Virus record (IMG/VR): IMGVR_UViG_3300042554_000984
Location: 1-64,000 of that record
Origin: an uncultured virus (IMG/VR IMGVR_UViG_3300042554_000984)
Taxonomy: Duplodnaviria; Heunggongvirae; Uroviricota; Caudoviricetes; Kyanoviridae
Length of the DNA stretch: 64,000 nt
Reading direction: 5' to 3' (one strand)
In this document: one piece after another, positions 55,166 to 64,000 of the stretch
Numbering within the stretch: position 1 is the stretch's first letter
Layout: every line of letters starts with the position of its first letter
The notes under the pieces: model-generated
Database searches by the model: none
What the model was told of the DNA's origin: nothing
The model's input: the letters and a program-made list of their open reading frames with translations, nothing else
Position numbers and translations under genes: made by a program

Positions 55166-56056
55166 ATGCTTTTTAGATGCTTTGCCGTGGTGTTGGGGGC
55201 AACCATCCTATTTGCAAATGGCTGCAAGAGCCTTCCTCCTGTCGAACCTTCCACGGGTGCAGCATCCGCAACCCTCAATTCCGTGGTTGACAGAACCAAC
55301 GATGAGGTGGCAAACATCAAGCGAGATGCCTTGGAGATCAAGGAAAATACCAAGAGTGCAATGCTGTCAAAGAGTGGACCAGAGATGGTGTTGGGCAAGA
55401 TCGACAGCGAGGCAGACGCAATCGTTGCCTCTGCCAATGACATACAGAAGGAAACCGCCAAACTCAAGAAACTCACGGCAGAGGTGACTAAACTTGAAAA
55501 GTCCCTGACTACCTTGAGGATTGCCATGGAAGAAGCCAAGGCCGCTGCACTTGAACGGCTTTATGGCTACATCACTTTGTTCTGGGTAATCGGCTTCATC
55601 TTGATCGCGGCTGGCGCTGCGGTTGCGTTCTTTCTCAACAAGACATATGGTGGGATGTTGGCGCTCCTAGGTGCCCTGATGCTTGGGTTTGCCTCTGCAT
55701 CGCATCGCTATCTTGACGAGATCGCCATGGTCGGTGCCATACTTCTTGTGGCAGGGTTCATCACGGCTGTGGGAATGATTGTCTGGTCAACCATCAACAG
55801 CAAGAGAAGCAGCATTGCCGTCAAGGAAATCGTGGAGATGATGCAGATTCTCAAGGAAACCATGACAGACGATGAGAGAAATCGAATCTTCGGGCCGGAT
55901 GGGATTGCAAGCAAGGTGCAGTCCGATCTGACCAAGGAGATCATCGCAAAGGTCAAGGAGAAGAATGGTTTCAAGCGGCTTGAGGAAATCCGCAATGCCA
56001 TGAAGGAGTCGGAGAAGACAGGAGCAACGGGGGCAGCACCGCCCGAGTCAAAGTGA
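55166..56056 (+). CDS. lipoprotein-anchored coiled-coil protein with 3 TM helices
   Basis: Lipobox-like FANGC, heptad region, three hydrophobic helices, charged tail. Confidence 0.7.
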   Translation: MLFRCFAVVLGATILFANGCKSLPPVEPSTGAASATLNSVVDRTNDEVANIKRDALEIKENTKSAMLSKSGPEMVLGKIDSEADAIVASANDIQKETAKLKKLTAEVTKLEKSLTTLRIAMEEAKAAALERLYGYITLFWVIGFILIAAGAAVAFFLNKTYGGMLALLGALMLGFASASHRYLDEIAMVGAILLVAGFITAVGMIVWSTINSKRSSIAVKEIVEMMQILKETMTDDERNRIFGPDGIASKVQSDLTKEIIAKVKEKNGFKRLEEIRNAMKESEKTGATGAAPPESK

Positions 56057-56218
56057 CGCTATGTATGCGTGACCGTTGCTGAAAATCCCACTTTTTCGGG
56101 CAGTTACAACAATTATTTTTGCGGCGAGAAAAAGAGGGCGGAAGTCAACTTTTAGTGAGCGAATCGTTGAGATTTGCTGTTGACTGTCTTCGTTGGTGGT
56201 GTATACTTTCCGAACCAC

Positions 56219-57259
56219 ATGAGCAACTACATCGACAGCAAGTACATCAACATCATCTCCCCTAGGCTGCAACGCTTTGGGTGGAAGAAGCAGAGCCTTG
56301 CTGTCTGTCGATGCCCCATCTGTGGAGACAGCCAGAAGTCCAAGAGCAAGACGAGGTTCTACTTCTACGAGAAGAAGGGCGGATTCTTCGTCCGTTGCCA
56401 CAATTGCGACTATGGCACCACCTTGGGGAAGTTCATCGAATACATCGATCCGTTCGTGTACAAGCAGTACATGCTTGAGAAGTACCGTGATGGTCTTGAG
56501 GGTCGCCATGACGGAAAGGCCGATGCCGAGAAGCAGTTCAAGTTTGAAAAGCCCGTGTTCGAAAGCAAGCGCAGGGAACTTCTGCTTGAATCCCTTGAGC
56601 CCTTGACCGATCTGCCCGATGACCACAAGGCGGTGGAATTCGTCAGGAACCGAAGGATTCCCGTGGAGCAATGGGAGAGGCTTTACTTCACGGAGGACTT
56701 TGGGTGGTGGGCCAAGCAAGTCGATCCCGAGATCGAATCCCCTCCCGACGAGCGGTTGGTCATTCCAATCATGCGTGGCAATCGATTGGTTGCAGCACAG
56801 GGAAGATCGCTGTCTTCCACGGCTTCCGGCAGGATCATTCGCTACATCACCATCAAGCGAGACAAGGACTTGCAGTCCATCTGGTTCGGCTTGGAGCGCA
56901 TCGACAAGACCAAGCCCGTGATTGTGGTCGAAGGACCGCTCGATTCGCTGTTCCTTCCCAACTGCGTGGCAATGCTTGGAGCAAAGCACATCGGTGAACT
57001 GCCTGCGGAACTTGAGGGATGCAACATTACCTTTGCCCTTGACAATGAGCCAAGGAACAAGGAAGTGGTGGGAATTTATCAAAAACTCGTGGAAGACGGA
57101 TACCGTGTCTGCTTCTGGCCTGAGAACATTCGGGTGAAGGACATCAACGACATGGTGATTGCAGGACACGAACCCAAGGAAATTGAAAGAACGATACGGG
57201 AAAATTCGTCAAGTGGGCTGATTGCCAGACTGAAACTGTCCACATGGCGGCATACATGA
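56219..57259 (+). CDS. gp61: DNA primase (gp61-like)
   Basis: CRCPICGDS...CHNC zinc finger, QGRSL, VVEGPLDSLF, DNEPRN, KDINDM; TTGACT-16-TATACT promoter at 56180-56207. Confidence 0.95.
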   Translation: MSNYIDSKYINIISPRLQRFGWKKQSLAVCRCPICGDSQKSKSKTRFYFYEKKGGFFVRCHNCDYGTTLGKFIEYIDPFVYKQYMLEKYRDGLEGRHDGKADAEKQFKFEKPVFESKRRELLLESLEPLTDLPDDHKAVEFVRNRRIPVEQWERLYFTEDFGWWAKQVDPEIESPPDERLVIPIMRGNRLVAAQGRSLSSTASGRIIRYITIKRDKDLQSIWFGLERIDKTKPVIVVEGPLDSLFLPNCVAMLGAKHIGELPAELEGCNITFALDNEPRNKEVVGIYQKLVEDGYRVCFWPENIRVKDINDMVIAGHEPKEIERTIRENSSSGLIARLKLSTWRHT

Positions 57260-57272
57260 ACTAAATACCAAC

Positions 57273-58010
57273 ATGAGCGAAGAATCAACAGAACAACCAC
57301 AGAATGACGAAACAGAAGTTCAGTCCTCTCCCATTGGCGATCTGATCGACCGTCTGCAAAGCAAGGACTTGATCGGAGGAAAGGACATGATTCGTTCCAT
57401 CCTCTTCTCCAAGTTGAGGGGACGGCTAGACACCCTCAATTCAACTACGGCTCCTATCGATGGAATCGAAGTCAATGAACCCGAGGTTGAGATTGCTGAA
57501 AGCGGCGTTGGTGCTGCCCTGACTCCTGACAAGCAGGGAACCGCCCGTAGAGGATTCAAGCCTCACTACCGTCAGTTCCCGACCGAGTTCGTGTGGACCG
57601 CCGAGAAGGATGGTCAAATCATCGACACCGCAAAGATGAACGCCGAGACTCTTGATCGGGCACAGGAAGCCATGAAGGAACTTGGCAAGATCATGGCCGA
57701 GAAGGGTGCGGAGGTCATCAAGATTCATGGTCGCGATGGCAAGGTTCTTTCGTCCATGAAAATCGGTGAGTCCGTGGAGGCCGGGGGGTGGAACCTAGGT
57801 GACTTGGACAAGATCACCGGAACAGGCAAGGCCATGGGTGCAAAGGTCAGCGACATGATGGTGAACATCCGCGAAAAGATCGTCAAGCGTGGCGAGAAGT
57901 TCGTCATCCTTTCCAAGGATGGCAGCAAGCAACTTGGCGAGTACGACAACCTTGCGGATGCCGAGAAACGCCTGCGGCAGATTGAGTATTTCAAGCACAT
58001 GAAGAAGTGA
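57273..58010 (+). CDS. modular head-associated hypothetical protein
   Basis: CTAAATA box; acidic N-terminus; C-terminal IVKRG.KF...SK.LG.Y...AEKRLRQIEYFK module. Confidence 0.7.
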   Translation: MSEESTEQPQNDETEVQSSPIGDLIDRLQSKDLIGGKDMIRSILFSKLRGRLDTLNSTTAPIDGIEVNEPEVEIAESGVGAALTPDKQGTARRGFKPHYRQFPTEFVWTAEKDGQIIDTAKMNAETLDRAQEAMKELGKIMAEKGAEVIKIHGRDGKVLSSMKIGESVEAGGWNLGDLDKITGTGKAMGAKVSDMMVNIREKIVKRGEKFVILSKDGSKQLGEYDNLADAEKRLRQIEYFKHMKK

Positions 58011-58024
58011 CAAGGAGATAGATC

Positions 58025-58768
58025 ATGCAAGTTACTGAAGTGTTGGGTGGGCGACCGAAGAGTGTCCTTGCTTTGGACAAGGGGTTCGTTGAATATATCG
58101 ATCATCTTGGCGATGACCTGACCGTGGTGAATGCGGCTCGGGTTTCGTTCCACAAGGAAAGCAGTTGGGAGTGGGAGGATTCACATGTCCCCCGTGGTCA
58201 TCTGTCCGAGAAGGACCAGAAACTCATCAAGTACCTTGCCAAGCACAAGCATTGGACACCTTTCGCTCACCCACAGGTGACGCTCCGAATCAAGGCTCCA
58301 ATCTTCGTTCGGACGCAACTCTTCAAGCACAAGGTAGGATTCACCGAGAACGAGGTTTCTCGTCGCTATATCTCTGAGCCGCCACAGGTCTATTACCCCC
58401 GTTGGCGTGGCAAGCCCACAAACGGCGCAAAGCAGGGTTCCGATGACTTTCTGCCCGTCAACGAAGAACTCAATACCATCAATCGACACTACGAGATGAC
58501 GGTCAGGGAGTCTCTTCTGACCTATCACGAACTAATTGATCGTGGGGTTGCACCCGAGCAGGCACGGGCGGTCTTGCCGCAGGGAACCTACACGGAGTGG
58601 TGGTGGACTGGATCTTTGTCCGCATATGCCCGTGTGTATGCACAGCGCATAGACGCACACGCACAATGGGAAGTTCAGCAGTATGCACAGGCCATCAATT
58701 TGATTATTGCGCCTTTGTTCAAGCATTCTTGGGCGGCACTCACGGAAAAGCCATCTGCGGGTATCTAA
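58025..58768 (+). CDS. thyX: flavin-dependent thymidylate synthase
   Basis: VNAARVSF, HWTPF, APIFV..QL.KH...NEVSRRY, PEQAR.VLP, HAQWE. Confidence 0.95.
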   Translation: MQVTEVLGGRPKSVLALDKGFVEYIDHLGDDLTVVNAARVSFHKESSWEWEDSHVPRGHLSEKDQKLIKYLAKHKHWTPFAHPQVTLRIKAPIFVRTQLFKHKVGFTENEVSRRYISEPPQVYYPRWRGKPTNGAKQGSDDFLPVNEELNTINRHYEMTVRESLLTYHELIDRGVAPEQARAVLPQGTYTEWWWTGSLSAYARVYAQRIDAHAQWEVQQYAQAINLIIAPLFKHSWAALTEKPSAGI

Positions 58769-58777
58769 ATACCTTGC

Positions 58778-60232
58778 ATGGCCAAATTCCGAGACTTCAT
58801 AGGCAAGGAACCCGATCCCGAAGGGTTGGAAGAACTGTACAAGGAATTTCAGGAGTTCATGGAGGCTCCTGAGCCGGATGTAGTCTCGTCTGCAACATCC
58901 AAGCAAAAAATCCGAGTAGTGAGGGGTTCACCCGGCCCGAAGGGCGAAAAGGGTGACAAGGGAGACACCGGCGAACGGGGTCTTCGTGGTTTGCGTGGAA
59001 TCACAGGCCCAAGGGGCGAAAGAGGTGACCGTGGCGAGAAGGGCGACAAGGGCGAGCGTGGCGAAAAGGGTCCGCAGGGCGAAAGAGGTCCGCAAGGCGA
59101 GGTCGGCCCCCGTGGGGAAAAAGGAAGTGACGGGAAAGCGGGTGCCCAAGGCACACCTGGACCCCAAGGTCTTCGTGGCGAAAAAGGTGACAAGGGAGAC
59201 AGAGGAGAAGCAGGGCCGCAAGGACTGAAGGGGGTTGCTGGTCCCAAGGGGGACAAGGGAGAGAAGGGCGATGTAGGCCCACGGGGTATCGCTGGCCCCA
59301 AGGGAGACAAAGGAGATAAGGGCGATAAGGGAGACAAGGGTGAGCCGGGTCTTCAGGGAATCGCCGGAGTCGCGGGAGCCAAAGGAGAGAAGGGTGCTGT
59401 TGGTCCAGTTGGTCCGCAGGGCAAGCGTGGTTCCAAGGGACAAAAGGGTGACCGTGGAGAAAAGGGCGAGAAGGGTGATGTTGGTCCTGCCGGTCCACAA
59501 GGTGAGAAGGGTGCCACGGGAGACTCTGGCGTTCTTCATGCAATCTATCCACTCAAGTACGATCCCAAGTCAAAGACACTCAAGGTAGACCTTACCAACC
59601 TGAATCGCGGAACCACCGTACTGGGCAATCCCGGCGGCGGAATGGGTGAAGCATTCAAGTTCGTTGAAGTCGCAGGACAGCCCGGTCTTACTGCCATCCA
59701 GTATCAGGCAGAGACTCTTCGGTTCGATGCAGGCAACAATGTACAACTGATCACCAACCCTGCGACGAACAGCATAACCATATCCTCTTCGGGCACGAAC
59801 TTCTTCTATCAGCCCGATCCCCCGACATCGGGATTCACCGCCGGTTCACGATGGATGGATTCGGATGATGGACAGGAGTACATCTACATCAATGACGGCA
59901 ACACGCAGCAATGGGTGCAGCCCACGGTGAATCCTGCAATGGTGGTTGCCGTGACATCGGTAACGGGAAGCACATACCTAGCCACGGGTAGGGATCACTA
60001 CATCGGTGTCAACGCAACCGGACCCGTGACGATAACTCTTCCTTCCCTGCCGTTCACGGGAAGGGAAATCATCGTCAAGGATGAGTCGGGTCGGGCAGGA
60101 GAGCCTTATCGATACATCACCATAGTCGGTGCAACGGCGGCAGACACGGTTGACAACCAAGAGTCCGCAACCATCAATCTAAATAACGCAGGACTGCATT
60201 TCATATACAACAATGGGTGGAGAATAGTATGA
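58778..60232 (+). CDS. collagen-like fibre protein (charged G-X-Y repeats)
   Basis: About 65 G-X-Y triplets (GEKGDKG), then beta-rich domains. Confidence 0.85.
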   Translation: MAKFRDFIGKEPDPEGLEELYKEFQEFMEAPEPDVVSSATSKQKIRVVRGSPGPKGEKGDKGDTGERGLRGLRGITGPRGERGDRGEKGDKGERGEKGPQGERGPQGEVGPRGEKGSDGKAGAQGTPGPQGLRGEKGDKGDRGEAGPQGLKGVAGPKGDKGEKGDVGPRGIAGPKGDKGDKGDKGDKGEPGLQGIAGVAGAKGEKGAVGPVGPQGKRGSKGQKGDRGEKGEKGDVGPAGPQGEKGATGDSGVLHAIYPLKYDPKSKTLKVDLTNLNRGTTVLGNPGGGMGEAFKFVEVAGQPGLTAIQYQAETLRFDAGNNVQLITNPATNSITISSSGTNFFYQPDPPTSGFTAGSRWMDSDDGQEYIYINDGNTQQWVQPTVNPAMVVAVTSVTGSTYLATGRDHYIGVNATGPVTITLPSLPFTGREIIVKDESGRAGEPYRYITIVGATAADTVDNQESATINLNNAGLHFIYNNGWRIV

Positions 60233-61464
60233 GTTACCTTTTCAACGATCAAGTGCAATTCAAGGGAAATGCAGTAGATGCCTTCAACCGATTGAAAGTC
60301 TCTGCACCTTTCACGCTTTTCGACAGCCAGAATCGCTATCAGATGAACGACAAGTGGGACACATTCGGTGCCACCGGAGGTACTGCCACATTCGCAGTAC
60401 TTGAAAGCGCCATCAACATGACCGTGGGAACAACGGCAGGAAGCAAGGTCACACGGGAAACCAAGAGGGTGTTCCCCTACCAACCCGGCAAGTCCCTGCT
60501 CGTCCTCAACACCTTTGCAATGAACACTCCCAAGGATGGTCTGTTGCAGCGGGTAGGGTATTTCGGCATCACGGGAGGGGCGACCGCATCCGTTCCCTTC
60601 AATGGCATCTACTTGCAGCAAGACGGGCTCACGATGTCCATGTGCTTGGCTAGTGCGTCACTTGGCAACACAATCACGGTCAATCAGTCAAATTGGAATG
60701 GAGACAAGTTCGATGGAAACGGAGAGTCGGGAAGGACTCTTGATCCAACCAAGGGAAACATAATGTGGATGGACATTGAATGGCTCGGTGTCGGTGATGT
60801 GAGGACAGGGTTCATTGTAGATGGACGGCCAATCGTTGCCCATACATTCCACAACGACAACCTGAATCCAACGACCTACATGACAACGGCGATATTGCCG
60901 ATTCGGTATGAACTGATGAATACCAAGGGGCAGACCGGAAGCAGCACGATGAAGCAGATATGCTCATCCGTGATAAGCGAGGGTGGATATGAAGGATTCA
61001 GCCGCAGACACAATGTCACCCATAACGGAGCAACCCTAAAGACCCTGACCACGGCGGGGGTGCAGTATCCGATCATCGCACTTCGACTCAATTCCAATCG
61101 GCTCGACAGCGTTGTGGTTCCTTCCAACATCAATGCCGTGATTCAGGAAACCAGCAACAACAAGCCCAACACGGCACAGTATCGCATACTGTTCAACCCA
61201 TCGATAAGCGGCGGTTCATGGGTCACCCACTACAACGGAAATGTTGACTACAACAACACAATGGCAAGCATAACTGGTGGAACCGACATCATAGGCGGAT
61301 ACATCAGCAGCAGCGGATCTTTGGTAATATCGGATGTCAATGACTTCAATTTCCAAATCGGAAGAACCCAACTTGGAGTTAGCGATGTGATCGTGTTCAC
61401 CATGACACCAATCTATGATGGTGCAAAGATATGCGCTGACTTCTCTTGGTTTGAGATCATCTGA
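60229..61464 (+). CDS. virion structural protein (beta-sandwich/lectin-like)
   Basis: [15 protein letters not shown]...YQPGKS...EWLGVG family seen in large phages; lies in the fibre operon. Confidence 0.7.
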   Translation: MSYLFNDQVQFKGNAVDAFNRLKVSAPFTLFDSQNRYQMNDKWDTFGATGGTATFAVLESAINMTVGTTAGSKVTRETKRVFPYQPGKSLLVLNTFAMNTPKDGLLQRVGYFGITGGATASVPFNGIYLQQDGLTMSMCLASASLGNTITVNQSNWNGDKFDGNGESGRTLDPTKGNIMWMDIEWLGVGDVRTGFIVDGRPIVAHTFHNDNLNPTTYMTTAILPIRYELMNTKGQTGSSTMKQICSSVISEGGYEGFSRRHNVTHNGATLKTLTTAGVQYPIIALRLNSNRLDSVVVPSNINAVIQETSNNKPNTAQYRILFNPSISGGSWVTHYNGNVDYNNTMASITGGTDIIGGYISSSGSLVISDVNDFNFQIGRTQLGVSDVIVFTMTPIYDGAKICADFSWFEII

Positions 61465-62999
61465 TGCCCTTGGACTTTCCGTCGAATCCCTTCCTAAACC
61501 AGGTCTATGCTGCCAATGGCAAGGCTTGGCGATGGAACGGAGCCGCATGGGAGACACACAACGCATCCCTTACGGTTGATTATGTCTCGGACATTAACGG
61601 CATATCCGGCAGCGTATCACTCACGGCTGGTGCAAATGTAACCATCACGAAGTCGGGACAGACCCTGACAATTGCGTCTAGCGGAGGCGGCGGTGGAGGA
61701 ACAGGAAGCGGCGCAAATGGTGCCACAGGAGCAACAGGTGCTACTGGTCCTGTGGGTGCCACAGGTCCGCAGGGTGCTACTGGTTCCACGGGTCCGCAGG
61801 GTGCCACGGGTACACAAGGCCCAACAGGCCCACAGGGTGCAACGGGTACACAAGGCCCAACAGGCCCACAGGGTGCAACAGGTCCTCAAGGAGAAATTGG
61901 CCCTCAAGGCATTCAGGGTGAAAGTTTTTACTTTAGAGGCCCTTACGGTGGTTCAGAGATTGTTTATAATCTCAATGATGTAGTTACATTCATTGGCAAT
62001 TCTTATATTTGTTTAACTAATGGTCTTACTGGCTCTCAACCAGATTCTTTAGTGGGTTGGGATGTATTTGTAGAAAAGGGTTCAACTGGCCCACAGGGTG
62101 CAACAGGTCCGCAAGGTGCAACTGGTGCAAATTCAACTGTTCCCGGCCCAACAGGCCCAACAGGTCTGCAAGGTGCAACGGGCTCACAGGGTGCAACGGG
62201 TACACAAGGCCCAACAGGCCCACAGGGTGCAACGGGTACACAAGGATCAACAGGCCCACAGGGTGCAACAGGTCCGCAAGGTGCAACGGGCTCACAGGGT
62301 GCCACGGGTGCTACAGGAAGAATAGCGTTCACCTATGGTGCAACTGCTCCATCTTCGCCTCAAATGGGAGATCAATGGCTCAATGAAGTCAATGGAAATC
62401 TTTATACTTGGCTGGTCGATGAGGGAGAAGGAACAGGCCAATGGGTCAACTACAACACAAGCATCACGACAATAGGTGGCGATGGTGCAACAGGAGTCAA
62501 CAAATTTACCTACAGTTCTATGGAACCAACTGGTTCCACATCTGGAGATGAATGGCTGAATTCTGTTGACGGGAAACTCTACACCTACCTTGTGGATGCA
62601 GGCGAAGTGACAGGACAATGGGTAGAACTTTCCGTGATTCCCGATGCCATAAACACATCGTTCCGTGGACCATCAGGAAACACCTTGGGACCATTGACAT
62701 TCTCTCAGCAGGCTACATCCGACTATACGCTTGTCATTGGTGATTCTGCCAAGACCATAGAGATGGTATATGGTTCTGCCAACACATTGCAGATTCCCTC
62801 ATACTCCAATGTTGCATTCCCCACGGGTACTCAGATCATGGTCATGCAGGCTGGGGCAGGGAACACATCATTGACAGGGGCTGCCGGTGTTACCCTGAAT
62901 TCAAGAAATTCAATGTTTTCTCTGAACGGCCAATGGTCGGTCGTGACTCTTGTAAATAGGTCAATAGATACTTGGGTCGTACACGGAGACTTGGCCTGA
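61464..62999 (+). CDS. collagen-like fibre protein (Thr-rich GAT/GPT/GPQ repeats)
   Basis: DFP..P...W.WNG..W N-terminus; two collagen tracts; C-terminal F.TGTQI.V.Q.GAG...W.V.GDL. Confidence 0.85.
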   Translation: MPLDFPSNPFLNQVYAANGKAWRWNGAAWETHNASLTVDYVSDINGISGSVSLTAGANVTITKSGQTLTIASSGGGGGGTGSGANGATGATGATGPVGATGPQGATGSTGPQGATGTQGPTGPQGATGTQGPTGPQGATGPQGEIGPQGIQGESFYFRGPYGGSEIVYNLNDVVTFIGNSYICLTNGLTGSQPDSLVGWDVFVEKGSTGPQGATGPQGATGANSTVPGPTGPTGLQGATGSQGATGTQGPTGPQGATGTQGSTGPQGATGPQGATGSQGATGATGRIAFTYGATAPSSPQMGDQWLNEVNGNLYTWLVDEGEGTGQWVNYNTSITTIGGDGATGVNKFTYSSMEPTGSTSGDEWLNSVDGKLYTYLVDAGEVTGQWVELSVIPDAINTSFRGPSGNTLGPLTFSQQATSDYTLVIGDSAKTIEMVYGSANTLQIPSYSNVAFPTGTQIMVMQAGAGNTSLTGAAGVTLNSRNSMFSLNGQWSVVTLVNRSIDTWVVHGDLA

Positions 63000-64000
63000 T
63001 GGGAGCAGAAGATATCATCATAAAGTTGAAGCGTGGTGTTTCGGGTGGGGCAGCACCGACTGGCCTGACCCACGGTGAACTTGCCATAAACACCACGGAT
63101 GTCCGTCTGTATGTTGGTTCCTTGACTGGCTCGGTTCTGGCGATAAACAACAGGTTCTTCACCGGGGCTACCGCTCCCGATTACCCAATCGAAGGAGACA
63201 GATGGTACAACGGCACATATGAAAGTGCCTACATCTCTGGTTCTTGGCAGGCTGTGGGCGGTGGAGGTGGAACTGGATCATTCAATCCTGCAAACTTGCT
63301 GATGTTTGTCGCTGGGGCAAGTGGTTCTGGCGGAATTACCTTCTCGGGAAATTTTACGATCACCAACAATCTTGGTGGAACTACTGAAATTCTAAACGGT
63401 CTGACCGTTGTTGGGGGAATCACAGGAAGCATTCTGACCGCAACCCAACCAAATATCACCTTGGTGGGAATCCTTTCCTCGCTTACTGCATCGGGGCTGA
63501 TCTCTGCAAACGCCGGTCTGTCGGCAAGCAACCTGTTTGTTACCAATGGTGCCACCTTTGGCTCCAACATCTATGCGCCAAACATGGTCACGGGTGTCAA
63601 TGGAATCACAGGTGCGGTAACCATCACATCCGGTTCCAACATCACGATCACTCAGTCGGGCAAACAGATAACAATAGCGGCTGCTGCAACTCCCGCAACT
63701 CTTGCCACCTCAAGTGTTACCGGTGTTGCCTCTTTCCGTGCAGCGGACTTTGATGTATCTGTGACTGGTTCGGTGAGTCTCACGGGAACCGTGGCAAGAA
63801 CCAATGTTTCTCAGACATTCACCGGATTGCAGACATTTGGTTCCGGCATTTCTGGCAACGGCATCACGGGAACTTTGCTGACTTCGACGCAGCCAAACAT
63901 AACATTGCTTGGTTCGTTGTCTGCGCTTACTGCTGCCAATGTTCAGGTTTCTGGCGGTGGGCTCAGCGTAACAGGCGGAATCGCGGGAACAATAGTTACG
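62999..64000 (+). CDS. tail fibre protein, partial (runs off the window end)
   Basis: [13 protein letters not shown]...P..L.HGELAINT.D.RLYVG N-terminus; G/T/S-rich with repeated T.TQPNIT.LG.LS.LT motif; open to 64000. Confidence 0.8.
   Translation, partial: MGAEDIIIKLKRGVSGGAAPTGLTHGELAINTTDVRLYVGSLTGSVLAINNRFFTGATAPDYPIEGDRWYNGTYESAYISGSWQAVGGGGGTGSFNPANLLMFVAGASGSGGITFSGNFTITNNLGGTTEILNGLTVVGGITGSILTATQPNITLVGILSSLTASGLISANAGLSASNLFVTNGATFGSNIYAPNMVTGVNGITGAVTITSGSNITITQSGKQITIAAAATPATLATSSVTGVASFRAADFDVSVTGSVSLTGTVARTNVSQTFTGLQTFGSGISGNGITGTLLTSTQPNITLLGSLSALTAANVQVSGGGLSVTGGIAGTIVT

Noticed and set aside
58920..62320. Tandem nucleotide repeats as VNTR, CRISPR or DGR elements
   Set aside because: Fully explained by Gly-X-Y collagen coding; no reverse transcriptase or adenine-specific template/variable repeat pair seen.

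Overview
This window is 64 kb of a large T4-like (Tevenvirinae-style) dsDNA myophage genome, almost entirely coded on the + strand. Core replication genes are recognisable: gp45 clamp, gp44/gp62 clamp loader, RegA, dUTPase, gp43 family-B polymerase, UvsX, gp41 helicase, gp61 primase and ThyX. It also carries a divergent CobS/MoxR AAA + metallopeptidase-VWA pair, four tRNAs plus one aberrant tRNA-like element, a ~10.4 kb glycan-biosynthesis island between uvsX and gp41, and collagen-like fibre genes at the right end. A subtilase with a paired ADLNGD...DG.DLG.LL..WG tail and a secretin-N-like fragment suggest a planctomycete (Phycisphaerae-like) host; this is inference. Four things stand out. 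(1) A DNA methyltransferase is split into two ORFs by an HNH endonuclease, with no intron or intein hallmarks, and each half has gained a short foreign peptide at the break, suggesting a splice-free split-and-reassemble mobile element. (2) At least 12 genes, several directly behind late-type promoters, begin with a T4 capsid-targeting-like N-terminus; they include an R-S-E ADP-ribosyltransferase, a PD-(D/E)xK nuclease, a transglutaminase-like protein and a 1061-aa nucleotidyltransferase-RimK-aspartic protease polyprotein whose modules are separated by possible prohead-protease sites. (3) The glycosyltransferase module is duplicated, includes two GT15 (Kre2-like) enzymes, and is followed by a phosphoribulokinase-aldolase fusion. 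(4) Several tRNA/ncRNA structures are unusual. All family calls come from motif recognition by eye; no database searches were run.
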